NCBI GenBank assembly: GCA_964510165.1
Contig: CAZEBC010000055.1
Span: 1 to 20,574, forward strand
DNA from: an uncultured bacterium
Lineage (GTDB): Bacteria > Abyssobacteria > SURF-5
Direction of reading: 5' to 3'
Length of the DNA stretch: 20,574 nucleotides
A model generated the notes under the pieces. The model ran no database searches and was not told the DNA's origin. It saw only the letters and a list, made by a program, of their open reading frames with translations. This document shows positions 15,291 through 20,574 of the stretch, one piece after another (within the stretch, counting starts at the first letter, position 1; every line of letters starts with the position of its first letter). Made by a program: the position numbers and the translations under genes.

Positions 15291-17705
15291 ATGGCGGACA
15301 CAGAAGAAAAAACCACAGGCGATATGGGGCTTGACCACTCGAAGGAGGAAGAGGCGCCTCCTATCCCCGATCTCTTGGGAATTCTTCCGTTGAAGAATAC
15401 CGTGGTTTATCCATACACCGTCGTGCCGCTCTCCATCGGGGAGAAGAGCTCGATTGCGCTCATAGATGAAGCCGTGTCGGGAAGCAAAGTCATTGGCTGC
15501 ATCGCAATGAAAGACGTTGCCGCCGGCAGATCGCCCGAGAACCTGTACGAATTCGGCTCCGCCGTCAGCATTCTACGGATGATGAAGTTGCCAGACGGCA
15601 CTAGCGCCGTATTGGTACAAGGGTTGTCGAAGATCAAGGTCGAGAAATTCATTTCTCTGGACCCCTTCTTCAAGGCCCGAGTGCGGACCATCGAGGAGAA
15701 GGATGAAGTCTCTACTCGAGGCGAAGCCCTGTTCAGAAACGTGCTATCCCAATGTCAGAGAATCATCGCGCTCACGCCTTACCTGCCCGATGAACTGCAG
15801 GCTACGCTCATCAATATCGATTCTCCGCTTCGACTTATCTACCTGGTCTGCTCGGTCCTGAAGCTCGAGCTCCCGGACAAACAGCAGATTCTCGACCTGC
15901 CAGACAGCGAGCAGAAACTCGAGATGCTCTCTCGGTTGTTGAGCCGGGAAATCGAAATCCTCGAGCTCGGCGGCAAGATCAAGTCGCAGGTCGAAAGCGA
16001 GATGACCAAGACCCAGCGCGAGTATTTCCTGCGCGAACAGCTCAAAGCGATCCAGCAGGAACTCGGAGAAGGCGACGAGCGCAGCGCCGAGATCAAAGAG
16101 ATTCGTGAAAAACTCCAGGCCAAGAAACTGCCGGAGGAGGCCAGAAAAGAGGCGGACCGCGAACTTGACCGGCTCGCCAAACTTCCGCCGGCCGCCGCCG
16201 AGTATCATGTCATCCGTACATACCTGGACTGGATCATCGATTTGCCTTGGAACGAATATACGGAGGACAATCTCGACCTCGAACGCGCCCAGAAAGTGCT
16301 CGATGAAGACCACTACGACCTTAAGGAAGTGAAGGAGCGAATCATCGAGTATCTCGCCGTTCGAAAGCGCAAGCCCGACATGAAAGGGCCGATATTGTGC
16401 TTCGTCGGGCCACCCGGAACAGGCAAGACCTCGCTCGGTCAGTCGATCGCGAGGGCGCTCGGCAGGAAATTCGTCCGCATGAGCCTGGGAGGCGTGCGAG
16501 ACGAGGCCGAGATTCGTGGGCATCGCCGCACTTATATTGGGGCGCTTCCCGGCAGGATTATACAGAGCATCAGACGGGCGGGCAGTGCCAACCCCGTCTT
16601 CATGATGGACGAGGTCGACAAGGTCGGCGCCGACTTCCGTGGAGACCCCTCGTCAGCCCTGCTTGAAGTGTTGGACCCCGAGCAGAACTCCTCGTTTCGA
16701 GACCACTATCTCGACCTGCCGTTCGATCTCTCGCAGGTCATGTTCATCACAACGGCCAACATACTGCAAACCATACATCCCGCGCTACAGGACCGAATGG
16801 AAATCCTCAGGCTTGCGGGATACACCGATGAGGAAAAGCTATGGATCGCGAAGAGATATCTGATCCCTCGTCAGCTTGAGGAAAACGGGCTTCAGCCCGA
16901 ACACGCGGAGTTCGATGAGCAGGCAATCCTCAAGATCGCCACGGCGTACACTCGCGAGGCCGGCGTGCGTAATCTCGAGAGAGCTGTCGGCAAGGTATGC
17001 CGCAAGGTAGCCTACGACATCTCGATTGGAAAGACCGAACGAGAGACAATTACCCCGGATAATCTCCACGTGTATCTCGGCCCGGAGAAGTTCTTTCCCG
17101 AGGTCGGCCTCAGGACTTCGCATCCGGGCGTGGCCACTGGCCTCGCTTGGACCGAGACCGGCGGGCAGGTGCTGTTCATTGAGGCCCTCGCAATGCCTGG
17201 CGGCAAGAACCTGACGCTTACGGGTCATCTCGGAGACGTGATGCAGGAGTCGGCCAAGGCCGCTCTGAGCTATGTCCGCTCCAAGGCCAAAGACCTGGGG
17301 ATTCCCGAGGACTTCTTCGCCACGCAGGATATACACGTCCACGTGCCGCAGGGGGCTATCCCAAAGGACGGACCTTCGGCAGGCATTACTATGGCGACAG
17401 CGATTGCCTCGCTTCTCACCGGAAGGCCCGTCCGGAAAGACGTCGCGATGACGGGCGAAATCACGCTCAGCGGGCTGGTGCTGCCCATTGGTGGCGTCAA
17501 GGAGAAAATCCTGGCCGCGAAGCGGGCGGGCATCAACACCATCATACTTCCCGACAAGAACAGGAACGACCTCGAAGAAATCGAGGAACCCTCGAAGTCG
17601 GGCCTTCAGTTCGTTTTCGTCGAGACCATAGGCCAGGTTCTCGAGACCGCTCTGACTGACCCACAGGAGAAGGCTGAGGAGGCTATCGCTCGGGCGGCCT
17701 CTTGA
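15291..17705 (+). CDS. lon: ATP-dependent Lon protease
   Basis: LON N-domain, QREYFLREQLKAIQQELG, Walker A GPPGTGKT, Walker B MMDEVDK, catalytic PKDGPSAG and IGGVKEK. Confidence 0.98.
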   Translation: MADTEEKTTGDMGLDHSKEEEAPPIPDLLGILPLKNTVVYPYTVVPLSIGEKSSIALIDEAVSGSKVIGCIAMKDVAAGRSPENLYEFGSAVSILRMMKLPDGTSAVLVQGLSKIKVEKFISLDPFFKARVRTIEEKDEVSTRGEALFRNVLSQCQRIIALTPYLPDELQATLINIDSPLRLIYLVCSVLKLELPDKQQILDLPDSEQKLEMLSRLLSREIEILELGGKIKSQVESEMTKTQREYFLREQLKAIQQELGEGDERSAEIKEIREKLQAKKLPEEARKEADRELDRLAKLPPAAAEYHVIRTYLDWIIDLPWNEYTEDNLDLERAQKVLDEDHYDLKEVKERIIEYLAVRKRKPDMKGPILCFVGPPGTGKTSLGQSIARALGRKFVRMSLGGVRDEAEIRGHRRTYIGALPGRIIQSIRRAGSANPVFMMDEVDKVGADFRGDPSSALLEVLDPEQNSSFRDHYLDLPFDLSQVMFITTANILQTIHPALQDRMEILRLAGYTDEEKLWIAKRYLIPRQLEENGLQPEHAEFDEQAILKIATAYTREAGVRNLERAVGKVCRKVAYDISIGKTERETITPDNLHVYLGPEKFFPEVGLRTSHPGVATGLAWTETGGQVLFIEALAMPGGKNLTLTGHLGDVMQESAKAALSYVRSKAKDLGIPEDFFATQDIHVHVPQGAIPKDGPSAGITMATAIASLLTGRPVRKDVAMTGEITLSGLVLPIGGVKEKILAAKRAGINTIILPDKNRNDLEEIEEPSKSGLQFVFVETIGQVLETALTDPQEKAEEAIARAAS

Positions 17706-17753
17706 TCAGCCGCGCGGCAGCGTCTCCAAAAAAGAGGTGGAATAAGACAGGCT

Positions 17754-18968
17754 GTGGATAGAAAGCGACTTGAGGCCAGGCTGAATCTCGCGCGACATTT
17801 CCTCCTCCATGAGGTCCGACGCCATTTCGCTCCCCACAAGGACGGCGACGGCGTGGGGTTGAGTCAATTCTTCGCCAATTACCGCGACGACAACATATTC
17901 CAGATCGAGGCCGACGAACGCGGGCGCTACCACACGTTCTCCCGATGCATCCAGTGCAGCATATGCCAGCCCTACTGCGTGATGTACAGAGCCATCGGCT
18001 ACCTGGATTTCCCCGGACCCATGGCCCTCGGCAGCACGCTTTCACGGGGACTGGCCGCGCTCGGCACAACGAGTGAGGTCATCTATAACTGCACGCTCTG
18101 CCGCCTCTGCGAAACCACGTGTCCCGAAAATGTGCCCGTTGCGGAACTGGTTCGTTTTATCCGGCGATATATCTTCGAGTACACCCCCGAGCTCGCGCCA
18201 CAGCCTCTGAGGGAACTCTGCTCGCTCGTGCGGAAGAAGGGAAACATATTCGACGAACCCGCTCCCGAAAACGTTCACGAGAAAAAATCGGCTGAATACG
18301 TGCTCTTCCTCGGCTGCCACAGCCGCTACAGGCAAAAACAGAGGACCGATGCCGTCATAGCCATGCTCAAGCGGCTGGCGGTTGATTTTACGACCATTGA
18401 TGAAGTGTGCTGCGGAGCGCCATTGAGCGCGGCGGGCTGCACTCATTCCTCCGAACTCGCCCATATCAACATCGAGCGAATCCGCGAGAAAAACACCGCG
18501 AAAGTGATCACGCTGTGCCCGCATTGCCTCGTCGCCTTCCTGGAGGGCAAGGAGTACGCGGGAAAGATCGAGGCGAGCCACATCGCGGAACTGCTTTCCC
18601 ATGTGAACGTCCCGGCCGGCCCCAGCAAGGCGGTGACCTATCACGACCCGTGCATGCTGGGCCGGGTCTGCGGCGTCTTCGACCAGCCGCGCCAGGCGCT
18701 CCAGTGGGCGGGCGCCAAGCTGCTGGAGATGGATACGAGCAGGGAAATGACGTTCTGCTGCGGAAACTGGGGTGGGCTGGCCCAGAGCGCGCCCGACACA
18801 GCCAAGGCCATCGCCGCCCGCCGTCTTGAGGACGCCCGCGACGCGGGGGCCGAGGCTCTTCTCACTGAATGTCCCTGGTGTCTGGAAATCTTTAAGGCGA
18901 CCACCCTGCCCGGCGGCAAACCGCGCATAAGTTCCGTTGTCGAATACCTCTTGAATCCCGAAGGTTGA
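17754..18968 (+). CDS. Fe-S oxidoreductase with 2x[4Fe-4S] plus two CCG domains (HdrD/GlcF/GlpC-like)
   Basis: CIQCSICQPYC, CTLCRLCETTCP; FLGC...CCG...CPHC and YHDPC...CCG...CPWC. Confidence 0.9.
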   Translation: MDRKRLEARLNLARHFLLHEVRRHFAPHKDGDGVGLSQFFANYRDDNIFQIEADERGRYHTFSRCIQCSICQPYCVMYRAIGYLDFPGPMALGSTLSRGLAALGTTSEVIYNCTLCRLCETTCPENVPVAELVRFIRRYIFEYTPELAPQPLRELCSLVRKKGNIFDEPAPENVHEKKSAEYVLFLGCHSRYRQKQRTDAVIAMLKRLAVDFTTIDEVCCGAPLSAAGCTHSSELAHINIERIREKNTAKVITLCPHCLVAFLEGKEYAGKIEASHIAELLSHVNVPAGPSKAVTYHDPCMLGRVCGVFDQPRQALQWAGAKLLEMDTSREMTFCCGNWGGLAQSAPDTAKAIAARRLEDARDAGAEALLTECPWCLEIFKATTLPGGKPRISSVVEYLLNPEG

Positions 18969-19101
18969 TTCTCCGGCTTCCATAGCGCGATTTCGCGCGC
19001 AATGCTAATCTTAAAAGGATACTTAAATCGCGGGCACGATGCTTTATCGCGTTCCCGATTAAAAGCGACTGAAAACCGACCCGTTGTATGAGGAAAAGAG
19101 A

Positions 19102-20109
19102 ATGGCCCGCCTGAGGCATGTCATCATCGGGAGTGGCCCGGCTGGCGTCAACGCCGCCACAACAATAAGAAGCCTGGGCGGTGACGACGAGATACTCATC
19201 GTCACCGAAGACGCGCACTTGCCCTACGTCCATCCGCTGTTGCCCGACTATCTGGCGGGCAGATTGCCCTTTGAGAAACTGTGGCTCCAGACGGAATCTT
19301 ATTATCGGGAAGCCCGGATCGACATACAAGTGCGAACCAGAATCGCTGACGTCCGGCCCAACGAAAACATGATTGTGACCGAAGACGGTCAGAAAATAGC
19401 CTTCGACAGGCTCCTTCTCGCCTGCGGCGGCAAGCCGAGGCTGCCGGCCGTCAAAGGGATGGAGAAGGCGGAACCGGTTACGTTGAGGACTCTGGCCGAC
19501 GCGCAACGCTTGCTTTCCCTCGCCCCCCGAGGCTCCACCGTGCTGGTGCTCGGACGCGATCTGATCGGCATCGAGATCACCCGCGCATTCTGTCTGATGG
19601 GCATGCGGGTCGCATACATCGAATGGGACGATACGCTGCTCCCGGACATAATTGACCCCGCCACCGCCGAGGAACTCGAACAGATAATGAGAACCGCCGG
19701 CATACAGTTGGTGCTGGGCGACGAGGTCATCAAGGTGGAAACAAACGGTGGAACGGTCTCTGTCTTGACGTCTGCCAGAAAACTGACGGGAGACCTCCTT
19801 GTGGTTGCCGTCGGAATGGCCCCCAGGCTGGATTGGCTCGAAGGCAGCGGCATAAAGGTCCGAACGGGAATCATCGCCGACGAGCGGCTCAGGACCAATT
19901 ACCCGAACATTTACGCGGCGGGTGACGCTGCGGAGATATATGACCCGCGCCTCAACAAACGCAGGCTGTTGTTCGGCTGGAAGAATGCGGTCAAGCAGGG
20001 GCAAACGGCTGGCGCAAACATGTGCGGAGATTTTCGCGAATTTGACGTGTCCTACGCGCCCGGCGTGAAGCAAATATTCGGAGTCGACGTGCGCCACAGG
20101 TGGAAGTAG
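19102..20109 (+). CDS. FAD-dependent pyridine nucleotide-disulfide oxidoreductase (rubredoxin/ferredoxin reductase-like)
   Basis: IIGSGPAG FAD motif, FDRLLLACGG, TLRTLAD, TNYPNIYAAGD, AVKQGQTAGANM; second dinucleotide motif is degenerate (GRDLIG). Confidence 0.87.
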   Translation: MARLRHVIIGSGPAGVNAATTIRSLGGDDEILIVTEDAHLPYVHPLLPDYLAGRLPFEKLWLQTESYYREARIDIQVRTRIADVRPNENMIVTEDGQKIAFDRLLLACGGKPRLPAVKGMEKAEPVTLRTLADAQRLLSLAPRGSTVLVLGRDLIGIEITRAFCLMGMRVAYIEWDDTLLPDIIDPATAEELEQIMRTAGIQLVLGDEVIKVETNGGTVSVLTSARKLTGDLLVVAVGMAPRLDWLEGSGIKVRTGIIADERLRTNYPNIYAAGDAAEIYDPRLNKRRLLFGWKNAVKQGQTAGANMCGDFREFDVSYAPGVKQIFGVDVRHRWK

Positions 20110-20114
20110 CGCGC

Positions 20115-20156
20115 GTTATATCGGGGGCGCCATGCAGCGCGGTGTCCCAATATAGC
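20115..20156. terminator. Hairpin between convergent genes (possible bidirectional terminator)
   Basis: GTTATATCGGGGGCGCC...GGTGTCCCAATATAGC imperfect inverted repeat filling the 46-nt gap. Confidence 0.5.
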
Positions 20157-20515
20157 TACACTGTTACCACCTTGCCGGCGGAAAGCAGCACATTCGTGAT
20201 GTCCTTCATGTTCGAAACGGCGCCCACCTTCAGTTTCTCTTTGACCCCGAAAAACTCAAGGCACGTTCCGCATGCGAGTATCCTGGTTCCTCTGTCCTCA
20301 AGATGTCTCATCTCGGCAAGCGACTCCGATCCTTCAGCCGCCAGCTTGACGCCCGCGTTCATGAGAATTAACGTGTCCGGAACGAAGTGCGCCTGTCCCA
20401 GATGATAGATGAAGTTCATCATCAGGGCGAACCCGAGTTCGTCATCGCCGCGGCCAATACGGTTGGATGTGATGAAGACGACGCTTGCAGTTTGCGACTT
20501 CGTGGGTTTCGGCAT
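20156..20515 (-). CDS. DsrE-family protein resembling the C-terminal domain of selenium-metabolism protein YedF
   Basis: IGRGDDELG.ALMMNF, MNAGVKL, ILACGTCL, VGAVSNMKDI; SD GAGGAAGG upstream; no N-terminal TusA/SirA domain. Confidence 0.87.
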   Translation of the reverse strand: MPKPTKSQTASVVFITSNRIGRGDDELGFALMMNFIYHLGQAHFVPDTLILMNAGVKLAAEGSESLAEMRHLEDRGTRILACGTCLEFFGVKEKLKVGAVSNMKDITNVLLSAGKVVTV

Positions 20516-20574
20516 TTGGCCTTCCTCAAAGGTAGTCGAAATGGATGAGACGGCACTTCACTTATATTATGTCC

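Noticed and set aside
11112-18968. Selenocysteine read-through at the many TGA stops, prompted by the YedF-like gene
   Set aside because: Each TGA falls at a natural protein end and all Cys motifs are already complete; none aligns with a missing Cys
19031-19048. sigma54 promoter (GGCACG...) before the oxidoreductase
   Set aside because: The -12 TTGC element is missing (reads TTTA); the surrounding imperfect hairpin at 19025-19062 was too weak to call
18892-20097. 401-aa - strand ORF (also 18042-18983, 15744-16523, 12956-13783, 8778-9680)
   Set aside because: Shadow ORFs opposite well-supported genes

Overview
GC-rich bacterial chromosomal segment, apparently from an anaerobe, with about 22 CDSs. 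No rRNA, tRNA, CRISPR array or transposase is recognisable. The left part covers lipid, transport and metabolic functions: an HpnA-like SDR, an MFS transporter, an MMPL/RND transporter on the - strand, an MBL-fold hydrolase and a lone acyl-CoA synthetase (NDP-forming) alpha subunit. The rest is a co-oriented run of redox, Fe-S and stress genes: Fe/Mn superoxide dismutase, IscU, split class I fumarase alpha and beta, USP, Nfu, a degraded hicA, ApgM, two small desulforedoxin-like proteins, Hsp20, Lon, a CCG-domain Fe-S protein and an FAD oxidoreductase, with a convergent DsrE/YedF-like gene at the end. The most notable observations are: (1) two coupled small genes carrying three desulforedoxin-like domains, all with a non-canonical CxxC-x17-CC spacing and no SOR domain; (2) a SOD gene with a Tat signal plus a strong internal SD/ATG, suggesting exported and cytoplasmic isoforms; (3) a two-state, SD-occluding 5' UTR on hsp20-lon; (4) Fur/PerR-like boxes at both Fe-S biogenesis promoters; (5) intergenic mosaics of several REP-like palindrome families. 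All assignments come from motif recognition by eye; no database searches were run.
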